From positions 62,001 to 109,364 of the forward strand of contig LVLI01000388.1 of the NCBI GenBank assembly GCA_001687465.1: 47,364 nt of DNA, written 5' to 3'. The DNA comes from Halocafeteria seosinensis. Its lineage: Eukaryota. Below the pieces are notes generated by a model. It searched no databases and was not told the origin of the DNA. It saw only the letters and a program-made list of their open reading frames with translations. Shown one piece after another: positions 1-12,154 of the stretch. Both the position numbers and the translations under genes were made by a program. The first letter of the stretch is position 1. Every line of letters starts with the position of its first letter.

Positions 1-3000
1 GGTGTATAGTCCAGTACTTTCATCTCTTCGATGTCTTGTTCATGACTTAACTCTGATGTACTAAATTTCCGTCTGAGAAAGCTTGGTCCTCGGTTGTGCC
101 TATATCTATGAGCTTCACTAGTGGCAGTTTCACCACTCTGCAAAGACTCGGTTTCCGTTTTGTTGTCTTCTGATTCATCATCTTCTTCCTTTCCGGGAGC
201 TTGCAAGTTTGTATCAGCATTCCCTTCCTCGACAGGTGGTTCATGCGGAGCTCCTTGAAAGGCTTCGTCTTCGCGTGCGTTACGATCGACATTAGCTTTA
301 GTCTCTCCATCGTCATTTGTTCCTTCCGCCTCCGGATATTCGTTTCTAACTTTTTTCTTTCGCCATAGTGGCCTCATATCGGAATCCAACTTAAGCTTCC
401 GATTGTCCCCTTTGTAGGAAAGCGGTAAGTTGGCCACCTCTTCTCCATGTTCACCCTGGTTATGCTTGTCTAGCTTCTCTGCCATACCTTCCGCAAGATC
501 TTCTCCCTCATTGAGCCATTTTTCCAAGTCTGCCGAGTTACAGCTGCGTTCAGAAGACTCAGAGGCTCGTGATGAGTGTGGATACGCTTGCGGATCGGTA
601 CTATGTTGCCCTGAAGGGGCATGTTCGTGTGGGACACGACCATTTCGCTGAGTACCAATTTGTTCGTTGTTTGGTATTGCTGGTTTCCGAGATATTGCAT
701 CTGAATTGTGGACGGGAGTACCGGATGACCCTGGCTTATTCGTTTCAAGAATGCTCTTTCGATGCCCTGTAGTTTCTTCCCGTGTATCCTCGTCCCATCC
801 AACGATTTTGGAAAAGCGCTTGCCGATTGCTTCCTGGTCATTGTCCGCACCCCCTTTCTGTTGAATTAGTCCGTAACCGGTGTAGTTATCGTAATCATCA
901 GGACCCCAGTTCCGTTCTTCTTCGAGGTCTTCGGCATTTACTTCTGACTCGATAGTGGAAGACTCCATATCATGTACCTGGCCTTGAATACGACCGAGAT
1001 GACGTGCGTCCCTAACCTTCTTCTTCCGTTTCAGCAACTTCGTTATCTTGTGCCTATGCCAGCAACACCGACAACAGCACCACCAGTGAAATGCGGAGTC
1101 CCATAAAGACTTTAGGGGGTCTTCAACCCTGAACCATAGAGCCCCTCCTAATCGGTACGCCATCTGGAACACAATCGCTCCAGTGATGAACCAGCCAAAG
1201 AGCGCGACAAGATCAAAACCCAGAACTAGCGCGGCAAATGCCCTGCAACAAAAGGCTTCCAACTGTATAAACCAAAACAGCATAAAAGCACTGTCACACA
1301 TACCCATTACTAAATGCCCAGAGAGACACAAGCCGAGTCCTAAACGCAACAAATGTATTCTTGAGCTCTGCTTCTTCTTGGCGCATCTTCTCGCGTTTCC
1401 TGCACTCGAGTGTATGACCTGTTACTCGCACGAGGAGCGGCACATTGGCTAACACATACTCTTCAATTTGCCTCGCAAAACGCTCCTGTTCAACTCTCTC
1501 CACTTCCATATACATCTCATGGTGTACTGAACCCTGCTGGACTGCTGCGCCTACTTCTCCTTCGTATGCCTTCTTTTGCTTGTCGACATTCCGCACAACT
1601 TTTTCCAGATTCCGTATTCGTTTTAGTGTTTGATGATGAGCGGAGGCAAGCTCTTTGTCCCCGAGATCTTCTTTGTTAAACATGTTAACATCCGCACCTT
1701 TGTCCTGGATGTTATAGTGAGCTGCATCTCAAGTTTAGTAGTGTTAAGAAACAGATGGACACAGGCACAGAAATGTGGCCAGCGTACCTGCGGCGAGCTG
1801 CTGTCGGAGATTTCCCTCCCTGCAATAGCATCGTATAACGAAGGATGAAGGACTGTTGTAAGGCTCTAATGCACTAGCAATGTGTTCGAGTGCCTACTTT
1901 GTTCCCCATGACACATCGTGGAGATTCGTTAACGAATAGATTGTGAACATGTTCAGAAATGTCGGAAAAACGAACAAGTACTGTAAAACCAAATTGAGCG
2001 GGTGTACAAGCTGTAGCCAGCAGTTCTCAGCAGAAACACAACTAACCTGGAAGAAATTAGCTAAGATGGTTGGGAACCGGTTGAAGAGGAGTCCTGCGGC
2101 GAAGAAACTGCCAAACCCAACCAGAGATATAATTAGAATAGGGGTACTCAACCCCCGGCTAATGTGCCAAATGGACAGTCCAATGGAAATGAAAATAATA
2201 ATCCCATAGAGAAGCGAGGATATGAGATAAATTCGCCGGACATCCGTTGGTTTAGAACCTAGACCAAACAATATTTGCATCATGGTCAGAGCCAGGTAGA
2301 TAGTGTAAAATCCCATGAGCAAACCAATCCGTGTTGATTCCGAAGACATTTGATCCACGGCTATCCTGATAATGAGTACAAAACTCAAGAATAACAGCCC
2401 GACTCCAAGCCAATTGAAGATTAGAAGACTTATGTAGTAGAAAAACTGAAGGATCAAGAAGAACCTCCGAGGAATTGAATGCCCGCTTCTAGAAAGCAGT
2501 TTCCAGAACTTGGAAACATAATAGATCAAGGAGAAAAATGAACCGTTTAGCCAACGTCGCCGTTGCTTCGTCAGCTCCAGGAGGGTCGTTGGGATGTCAG
2601 TAACAGCACCGGCTTCCTTGACAAACTTTAGCGTGTAATTGTATCCTTTCTTTGCCAGAATTTCAAAGGCCAAGATCCGGTCCTCTGCAACGACCACTGA
2701 TAAAGTACCCACTATATATAGAAAGTGATGCGAACACAAATACTAACCTGCTAGATACATATTTGCAACGAATGGCCCCAAAGCGAGGGGGCTCTGCTCC
2801 TCAAGTCGAAAGTACTGAGAAAGTGGTTCTCCTTTGATAGCTTCCCACCGGTATGCCGAAAATGCACCGGGCAGTACCGACACATACCCGAACACGCTTT
2901 CCATTGGCTTTTCTAAAATGTGGCCGAGTTGATATTCAACGTTTTGAGCAGCTTGCAAGAGCTCTCCTAGGTCTGCCTTCTTTGCAAATATTTCCCCTGC

Positions 3001-4794
3001 AGCTCCTCCCACCTGAGGGTTCTCTTCAAATGCTCGATATAGGTAATACAACGAATCGCGAAACGGCTCGGTGCCAACATCAAACAAGAAACAATATTTA
3101 GGCTGTATTTGGCGACAGAAGGCACTGAAGAACCAGAGATGCGAGTTCAATTTACCTCCGTTTGACTCTTTCACAGCCAACAGTAACTGTAGGGGATGGT
3201 ACTTGTCACCTTGCGAAGAAGATTTAGCAAGCTGTACGGTTTTCTCAAATATATGACACCTCGTCGAATGGCCTTTGTGCTCCGTCAGCAACAGCTCCTC
3301 GTCATACAAGAGCAGATCTGAAGCCAAATACTCTTTCATTGATTTACTCAGTTTGTGTCGTCCATCTGCAACAAGGCAAACTAGGACAGATGTCCATTCT
3401 ACTCCCATAGACTCCAGATAAGTTAGGTTAGGGGCAAGACCTCTCAGGGTATTTCGTAAGTCTTCCGCCTCTTCATTGAAAAGAGTAACGCAGATAACAA
3501 TCTTGATTTCTCGGCCGAGACGAGTCGTTCTAATGGGAGTGTGCAAGTCAATCGGTCGAATGTTTATAGCCGGCGTGTAGTCAACAGTCCGAAATTCTTC
3601 ACTAGCTTCCATGTAGCCGAACTCTTCAGTAGATAGCTCTTTTCTCAAGAAGCTGTGGCCCCGAATCAGTGCGACGGGGAGTTCCTCCTCCTCCGACTCC
3701 TCCTCTGCTTCGTCTTCATTCGACTCCTTGTCGTGTTCGCTGTCAGTAGAAGAGTCCTTCCGAGCAGCGAGCGGTTGTTCTTCCTCTTGCTCGCTTTCGC
3801 TATCATGAGCTGCTAGTTCCAGGTTAACCGTCGAGTCACGATGTTCGGCAGGAACGTGATTATCTTCCACCAACGAGGGACCATTCAAGGCCGGTTCGCC
3901 TACCTCGCCACTACGCTCTTCATGGTATATTCCGTACAGCTGAGACGTCTTATCGTTTTCGGAACCGATGTTCCTATCATTTGTGTGGGTGCTTTCTAAA
4001 GGAGCTTTCCCTGCCGTGCCTTGGTGAGTATGGGATTTATCCTCCCATTCCGTGGCGCGCTGGCTGCCGACTTTGTTGAGGGGCTCCATCGCTTTACATC
4101 GGAAAGACGAACCATGTGTACCCTCAGCTGCATCGTCACGCTGTTGCTGATTCCCCTTAGGAGCCGACGCTCCGCCGTCAGTTTCGTAACCCCTCTTAGG
4201 GCTCGAGGCGGTTGCAACGCTATTCCCATGGCTTTCAAGCCGGTTATCGGTAGTCAGTGGTCTTTTATATTCACTACTATGCTGGACGTCTGGGGACCGT
4301 GAGGAAGATGAAATGGAATCTGTCCGTATAACTCCATGGTCTGTCTTCCGGCGTCCCCCGACTTTTGGAGTGCTTCGAACAGCCTGAATGCCACCTCCGT
4401 TCAGTTCACCCACATCGCCTCGCCGCTGAGACGTTGTTGGAGAATGCACAGTGGTGCTCTCGTCATTTTGTTGAGTCTTCGATGAAGCAGCCCTCGTTGG
4501 GTTTCGTTCGAGTTCTTCATAAGTCACCTGGGAGCTGCGCCCGCCAATCATGACCGACCCAAGGTCATCCTCGAGTACATCTGCATCTCCCTCTTCGTCA
4601 TTGTCAGTCGCGTAACTGTCGTGGCTACCATCAATGTCCTCGGGAAAGGCATCATAATTGAGCTCTGCCTCCTCCTCTTCTTCGTCCGTCTGCCGCCGCC
4701 GCAAGTTCTCCCGTTCAGTACTCCGAGCAGGAGGAGCAGGTCCAGGAACCTCTTGCGCCCCTTTCTGCTGATCCTTAGATTGCTGTGTTCCCAT
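1..4794 (-). CDS. CHS: Chitin synthase (GT2), 3'-partial; probably a tandem double chitin synthase. Exons approx. 4794-2748, 2684-2047, 1980-1898, 1819-1788, 1721-1304, 1242-<1
   Basis: Spliced translation contains TLFNEE, VADGR, KESNGGKLNSHLW, FDVGT, VLPGAFSAYRW, YLAEDRIL (split by the 63-nt intron 2747-2685), QRRRWLNGS and LHDVSWGTK, followed by several hydrophobic helices. All introns are GT..AG. The final exon frame has no stop down to base 1. The start at ATG 4794 (MGTQQSK) is inferred. Confidence 0.95.
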
Positions 4795-4966
4795 TATTAC
4801 CCTGAAAAAGAGACAGTAGAGCGAGGAAAGCAGTTCCCGGGTTTCCCGCTGTGACCAGGATAATCGCTTCCTCAGACCCAAGTTTTTCCCTCAAGCAACA
4901 ATCGGAATGATAACCGAAATGTTACTCAAGGGTTCCTCGATAATGTCACTCGCTGACAAACTACCA

Positions 4967-5175
4967 AATTGGAGTGCATCTGAAGGTGCAGCAACCGATG
5001 TTGAACCGCGGTCGCATCTGCGACGTGGCACCTTTTTTGTTCCCTGTGGATCCCTCTAGCGACCTCCCCCCGGCTGGGCCCCAGCACAACGGCCCAGACG
5101 GGCAGGCCCGGCAGGAGTCTGGATCCTCCTGACTTAACGGACAAAAAGGACCTACAATTCTTCGCAGCTCCAATT
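4967..5175. ncRNA. Candidate structured RNA element, family not recognised
   Basis: GC-rich island beside an AT-rich tract, with nested complementary segments: AATTGGAG 4967-4974/CTCCAATT 5168-5175, AAGGTGC/GCACCTT, GTCGC/GCGAC, CTGGGCC/GGCCCAG, CGGG/CCCG, CAGGAG/CTCCTG, and CCTTTTTTGTTCC/GGACAAAAAGG (imperfect). Confidence 0.3.
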
Positions 5176-5526
5176 GAAATCAGAAGGAAGAGCAACAAAA
5201 AATATACGTCTAAAGAAAAAGTCTTCTTTGTAAAAATTATGTAGTATAATCGTCGTTGTGGGACCAAACTATCAAGGAATCCGCACACGAGAATTACAAA
5301 CGGAAAGTGTAAAAAAGCTCGGCATCGTGAACACGGGACTGAAAAGCACCCGTTGTTAATTTGCTGTCCTCTGAGGGGGCCGCCGTGAACAATTCCAGTC
5401 TAGGATTGCGTTGCCTCCATGTTATCATAACGTGAAGAACTTCGGTTCTTAATCTTTTTTATTCCGATAGAGTGCGAGTTGTGCCACACAGTTGTGGCTG
5501 AGATATTTAACGACGCAGCGAAACTT

Positions 5527-8282
5527 TCATTCCTCCCCTTCCGGATCCTTAAAAACCTGTTTTAAACGCACTGCGTCAGCTTCGGGCATTATATTGCTAA
5601 TTTCTCCTGAAAGGTTGGATCTCCGCTCATTTCGAGCCGCCCTACGTCGTTCCTTCTGTGGTGGTAGCAGGAACCAAAAAAACATTAGAGAACTCTCGCA
5701 TTAGAATACAACCTTGGCATGTAAACGATACTTACAGCGGACAAAGTAGATAGCATGCTCGTTGAGACGCTCGAAGCACCACCTCTGCCACCTTGAGAGT
5801 TGTGCTCTCCCCTAATACCAGCTGCTTTGGAGCTGGACTTATTCTCCTGAGAATGGTAATGTTCTATACGCGGAGGTAGGGCGGAGCTATACCTGTTGGC
5901 TTCTGCCGCCTTGTCGCTTTCCCTTCTCTCTCTTGTTTTCGGATAGTATGCCTCCGATTTTAACTCATCAGAGCTCACTTCGTCGGGTCCCGAAGAAGCA
6001 GTTCTACTACTACTTGTTTGCCGAGACGCATAGTCACCCGCTGCGATGCCATGAGGAATACTGGGAGAAGCCCCATTATGAGGACTACTGCGAGGAGGAC
6101 CATCCTGGAATTGCCCTATGGATGTATCGGAGCTAAGCTGCAGTAGTGTGTTTCTGTCCATAGAGGGGGTTGTACTAGTGCGCTGATGACGGTACGGCGA
6201 TGCCACGGCAGGAACTGCATCAAAGTGGCTTATCAGATTGAATCTTTCTTGCTCCGATTTCTGAAGAGATTCTTCCACAAAGACGTGAGGCGGCTGGCTC
6301 CTGCTCTTCCTATGCCCCGGTTTTTCATCACCTTCTTCAGCACTTTGAGTGGATTCTCTTGCCAAAGAGTCCCAGTAAGATGACGAACGGCCTGATGAAT
6401 ATTGATCCGAGCTTCCATGCTCCTCTTTTTTCGATGTGTCCAAAGAAGTAGTCCACTCTCCATTAGCGACATCATTAAAATCACCCCAACCAGTTGCTTC
6501 CTGATCCTTCTGGTTTTTCTCGGCATCGTTATTTTCTTCAGGTTTACGCTCAATGGAGAATGAAGCGCAAGACTGTCTATCGAGTTCAGAAGACCTCTCG
6601 GATCCCTCTTTACGTTTCCCTAGATTACTATCCACAGTATCTACTTCGCTTTTCTGATAGTCGTTGGACGCATGTGTGCTGGTTTCAGTGGAAGAATGCG
6701 TGTTCTGGGCAGAGGAATGAGTCGTTGCCGGTCCGTGGTACTGTTCAGCATCGTACTGACTTGTTGTAGAAGTTTGATCTTTTGCTTCAGCAAGAATAGA
6801 TAGCGATTGGCAGGAGGAAATTTGCAATACTTGAGACAAATTATTTTCTCCAGAGGCCGCTTCTATCCCGCCATTGGAAGTGTGACTGTCAGCGGGAAAA
6901 TCGCCTGGTCTGTAGTGGTGATCTTGATAATACCCAAACGTGTTTGACGACTCTGAAGACCACCCACTATGGAACTTGGAGTCGTTGCTGGTTGCTGCTT
7001 GACTTGGTTCAACACCTGACGTAGGCAGGTGTTCCGTTACGGGGGCAGAATCGCCTTTATTCGACGTTCGTCCAGTCTTTGGGGACGGAGCACGTTGGTT
7101 ATTTTCATCATGTGCCTCTCGATATCCTCGCGAACGAGAGGAACTTTCTTCCGCAGCCGGAGAATGCTTGGACATGGTTTCCTCTGCTTGCTTGTTGCCG
7201 GAACTGAGAAAGCTAATAATCAGTGCAATGAGAGCGAGAAGCGCTACTATCACCTCATACCTGTGTTGCAGCAGCTCTTCCATAAAAGATTGAGGGAAAT
7301 ACTGCTGACACCATTGAGGGAACTTCTCCGGTAACATCACTATTCCGGAGAGGGAGTTCCTGAATCCACCTATCACTTCCTCCAACCAAACTTTGCTGTT
7401 CGTTACATGGGTTGAAAATTGATCAAAGCTTCCTCTCGATGTTGAAAATGCTTGCTCATCCATCAGCTCTGGTACTTGGGCCATTAAATCCTTAAGTTTT
7501 TGTCTTAGAAACACGTATCCTTGGGGTGGAATTTGCACGATGCGAGACGTTGAAATATACCTCACCACAGGCGCAGCATACCACCTTACAAGCCCCCAGG
7601 TTGCGCGCCAGTCCACGAAGAAGTAGAGATAGATCGTAACAAAAAAAGAGACAAGTGGAGAAAATCTTTCTTCCCTACACCGTTGTATCAAGCTCTTCCA
7701 TGTGCCATCCAGTCCAATATTCCATCCGAAGTCGTCAATTTTCGTCGACCGTTCTTGGGTCAAGCGGTACCCCAGATGCCTGGATTGGGACTCTTCCGAC
7801 GCCTCATTTTGAGGTGTGAAAATTCCAAGCTGTTGGAACAAGGGTCGACGATTGGTATCCCCCTGTGAACCTCCTCCTCCAGCTCCTGTAGCCCATGGCG
7901 ATTGGAGAAACGATGGTTGAATTTGCTGCAGGTTCATTCCAAAGTACCCGTACTCCGAGTCTGCTCGATGTAAGCCGGGCCCATTCGGCGTTGACAAATC
8001 TGGGGAAGCCTGACCATTGTGCCCCTGATGTCGTAATACAGCCTTTGCATGCTGTAGAATATACGTCCGAATGGTTCCCAAGAGCAGCGTTAGGAGCAAT
8101 GCTAGGACTAGATACAGCACCAAGTACAGTAATAACACCACGCATATGCGCACGGGGTTCAGTAGGATGGAATTCACTGAGAACTGCACCACACGCTGTG
8201 ACAGAGAGAGCCATGAAAACAAATAACTTGATAAACCACTTCCTCCAACCTCCCCATGCGCCGTTGAAGTGCTGCTATTCAT
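5527..8282 (-). CDS. Hypothetical membrane protein with long Ser/Glu-rich disordered C-terminal region. Exons 8282-5736, 5655-5527
   Basis: 865-aa ORF with hydrophobic segments (ICVVLLLYLVLYLVLALLLTLLL; LVSFFVTIYLYFFV; VIVALLALIALIISFL). An 80-nt GTAAGT..CAG intron (5735-5656) joins in frame to KERRRAARNERR...DPEGEE*. No family recognised. Confidence 0.75.
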
Positions 8283-8457
8283 GGCCTAAACACCTTGGAA
8301 CTTGCCCATCCTAACACTATATCATGCAAAACAGGATAATGAAATACCAATCCTACCAAACCCGCGGCAGAATCGATCAACAACATGTCTATTGGAGTGA
8401 ATGAACCTGGCGTACGAACTTCAACTTCTTCAGCTTCACACTTGCAAAGGAGGTATC

Positions 8458-8487
8458 ATGAGTCATGACTCATTGACTCATGACTAA
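8458..8487. promoter_or_regulatory. Cluster of AP-1/GCN4-type bZIP sites
   Basis: TGAGTCA 8459-8465, TGACTCA 8466-8472, TGACTCA 8474-8480 and TGACTAA 8481-8487. Includes the perfect 16-bp palindrome ATGAGTCATGACTCAT (8458-8473), ~175 bp upstream of ATG 8282. Confidence 0.5.
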
Positions 8488-8632
8488 TGCGGGGTAGAAA
8501 AGTGGTCTCCTACATTTCGCTTCAATTGAATACCACAACGATTACTCTAAATTTCAAAAAACTGCAGTCCCAGGGTTACATGGTACTCGAAAGGAAGTCG
8601 TCGCTATTGGTGATGGATGGGTGCTTCACTGT

Positions 8633-11489
8633 TCATTCGGGATCATGGTGAAGAAATGTGTACAGCTCATTGGAATGTATCTTGCCAATTAATTTCTCCA
8701 AGGTCGCTTTGCTCAAGGTACACAATTCCGCAAGAGAGTCTACAACGCCCAGTATCTTGCCGCTATTTGCTGCATTGACTCCCGGAAGAGACAATAGAAT
8801 GTCGATCGCTGTCAAATTTCTATTATCTTCAGTGGACTTTTCGGTGTCCTCTGACTCGACCGCATCCGTTTCATCCCCACGAATACTAGATTGAACTGCA
8901 GCATTCGCATCTGGTTCCTCCTGCTTCTCCTTAAGCAACGAAAACGTGTCCACTGTAGCATGGGGTGACCGTGTCCATATCAACCTGAGTGTTGGGAACG
9001 TCTGAACCAATTGGACTATTCGTGAGTGCACATGGTGACCGATTATCTCGTCCGGAATGGCACGTTCATTGACAAGACCAAAAGCTTTGTCAGATTCCCA
9101 TTCAATTAGGAGAAGGGGCTTTTTGTAGTTTCTTGTCATAGCAGTCCCCTGGGTGAGCAGTCGACCAGAAGCCAGAGAACCGAACAAATCAGACACACTC
9201 TTCCGCTCAACACAAATCTCCGGTGACAGAATGTAGTCACCTACTTCAAGGGTAATTGGAAGAATTTCAAGACCTGCTTGATGTAATAAGGATGGCAGCT
9301 TCGACCTAAACTCTCTCATATCCACCAATATCTTTTTAGGAAGCTCGACATTCTGTGAACGGGAACTGACCAAACGACTGTCTCCAGAGGCAGCTCGTAC
9401 GAATAGATCGTCCCACATATCTTCTTCGTCTTTATGACCTTTTCTGGAGGTTTTACCTTTCGAGCTGCCATGATCAAATATGCCATCCCCAGGTGCTTTG
9501 TTGCGCCTGACATTGTCTTCCGGCGTCCCAGCGGGAATGGTCATGTGAGCCTTTGTCTGGATAAGCTTTTCAAAAGCCTCTTGCTCGGTCCTAAGAGATG
9601 CTAAATAACAGTGTTCCTCTACAGACTTTTCATATAAAAGAAAATACACTCGAAGAGGTCTAATACCTAACACTTCCGCTTTGTATACCTGCATGTGGGA
9701 CACAAACATTCGAGGAAGAAGAGAATGGAAGCGTAGCTTTACAAGACTTACCTCGATCAGCCGTACAAATGACGGCGTCGGATCATATAGTATGAGAAAA
9801 GTAGGGCGTAATTCCTTTATCAAATCAAGTCCACTTTCAACCGATACTACAGTTACATTAAGACGGGAGAGAGCTTCGGCAATATACGAAACATCCCCTT
9901 CAGGAACAGTTTGTTCATCCGCAGCCGTCTCTGCATCCGCATCCCCAGCCGCATCCCACAATAAAGTTTGCTCCAAGGACACGTAAAGCGCCTCCTTCCG
10001 ATCAGGATCATAATAAGCCTTTCTCAGTTGCTCTGTTCTCCTTCGGTTATTCTTTAGAAATTCATACCATCTGGAGCGAAGAAAAGCTGAAGGTCCACTG
10101 CTTATAAGACGAGATAGTTGCCGAGCGGCGGTCCTGTCTTCACACGCAATGACAACAGTAGAGCCGTAATTTTCATCCGGACACTCGGAGCTGTTGCTTA
10201 TCTCATGCCATTGCTCTTTGACTTCTTGCAGCACTTCAAACAGAACTCTCCACTTGCCATTATGCTCCAACGTTACATGTAGGCGTTTACTATCTTCATC
10301 TATATGGTACATTCGGCGACGCGCAGCGTAAAATACTTTTTCCGCCGCGTCAGTATAGAGCCAGGGAGATGGGTGATTTTGGTACACCCCCGCCTTCCGT
10401 ACACTCTGAAGGTATAAGAAAAATGAAACGGCATCAAAGTGCGCCAAGTAGAACAGCAGTTCTCTAAGCGTTCGCAAGTCGGTAACAAGCTGTTTTGCGT
10501 TCTGCGACATCTTGTTCCATAAGGGATCCAGGAGCCGCCGCAACCGAGAGTCAAACGAGCCAAATAAATTGTTCTCTACAGTAAGTTCCGTCAAATCGAC
10601 GGACACCATTCTGCAAGCGAATTACAACAGCATGATGATGACATCCCTGGAAAAGGTTCAGTCTTATACGTAGCTTTACTTACTTCCTTAACTCCGTGAT
10701 ACAAGTATCCATTGCATCGATAACACAACGTTGAATATGATGTTGTCCATTCGATAAAGGTTGGGATATTTCAATTACTTCTGGAGGATTCTTCTCTAGC
10801 TCCTTGCTTACCGATACATGGAATCTCGGCCACAACATTAATTTTCTCACATGTAAGGCCCGAAGAACTTTCTCGAGCTTATTAAACCCAGATGCTAGAG
10901 ACACGGGGTTGTCGGAGAAGGCTTTCACAAACCCCTCCGGATGCTTCTGCCGGAAAATACGAAGAATAAAGCCTTCCGAAGAAGTGTCCGACACGAGATG
11001 GGCATTATACACGAGTATTCCGCTAACTTGCGTGGGATCAAGTCTTTCCGTCAAAAAGTCCACAATGCAAATCCGTGAAGTGATTAATATACATCGAGCC
11101 GTCTCGTATATAGTCTTTCTTTCGCTTACACTACTGACGTCACTTGTGATGACCGATGGCAACATGGACGGAAGCAGTCCTTCAGCTAGAAGCGCCTCCT
11201 TCCATGCTTCAGCTAGATGCGTTGCATTCAACACCAAAATCGTCCCCTGTTTGCTACTGGGTTTACTTCTCTTGTGGGAAGCTCTGCTGCCAGAAGGCAC
11301 AGAGGAAGAGCTGGCTTGACGTGTTTCTTGAAGCGATGATGATGAACTACTACTGGTGGTTCTCGTCCCCGCATAGAAACCTAGAAAACGACGTACAATG
11401 GCCTCTATCCCCAATCCTGGCGCCATGACCACCAAACCATCCTGGCGGAGCAGGTCGCTGAATATGGAGTCGTGGAATTCCAGAGACAT
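8633..11489 (-). CDS. ERCC4: DNA repair endonuclease XPF (ERCC4/Rad1/UVH1). Exons 11489-10684, 10610-9752, 9688-8633
   Basis: N-terminal inactive helicase-like region (GLVVMAPGLG; ITSRICIVDFL; KAFSDNP; LWPRFHVSV). ERCC4 nuclease motifs VDMREF, VGDYILSPEICVERKSVSDLFGSL. C-terminal HhH (LLSLPGV). Introns 10683-10611 and an in-frame 63-nt intron 9751-9689. Confidence 0.96.
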
Positions 11490-12154
11490 CCTATCATACC
11501 CTCACTGAGAGCTCCCACAGTACCGCTAAACCTGACACAAGGTCATGACATGAAAAACGGAGATTTCTCTTTTGGGGACAATACAATACTAGGCGATAAC
11601 AAGGCATGGGTTGCTGATGCAACCATTTGTGAAGGTCAAACTTCAAAATTTGACTTCAAATGCCTCTGGCTAGGATGACTGTATGTACCCACCGACAGCA
11701 GTGACAATGAATACACGCTAACAGTACACATACGTGAGCAATTCATGAAGAGATGCAGGTACTTATTCGTACATGGTGACCCATATTCAGGCAATACTAT
11801 GGCTTTGTGAAGTTAAGTTACTGCATGATTACCGGTATGGATTGCCTATTGCTCCTACTCCTCACTGAACATAGAGCAGCAGTGAATGAGTGAAGGATGC
11901 GTGTGCTGTAGTACCTTTATTGATCTCTTCACACTACAAACCCTTGCAGGCTGATGGAATTCGTCGTTGGTTGAAGTTGCGAAAAGATTGTTGGGTTCCT
12001 CAAACTGAATAATTCCAACAGGGATACTGTCATACAGATATATGACTGATGGTGATTTTTTCGGAGGCAAAATCGCCACGAGGGGTATTCGTTCTTTGAG
12101 CGTGGTCGAAGACGCCAAACGGGGGGAGCTTGGTCGTATATTGTGACAGAAATC

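Noticed and set aside
47..850. ORF-track entries 47-316 (-), 470-850 (-) and the + strand ORFs here
   Set aside because: They are alternative frames or antisense shadows of the stop-free final chitin synthase exon, which lies in a different frame.
4830..4885. CTGAG-containing segment near a 5' intron acceptor, considered as a TPP riboswitch
   Set aside because: It lacks the ACCUGAU and UAAU/GCG..GGA core elements of the TPP aptamer.
5055..5100. GACCTCCCCCCGGCTGGGC considered as an HDV-like ribozyme
   Set aside because: I could not build the P1/P2/P3 nested pseudoknot; only superficial similarity to the L3 loop.
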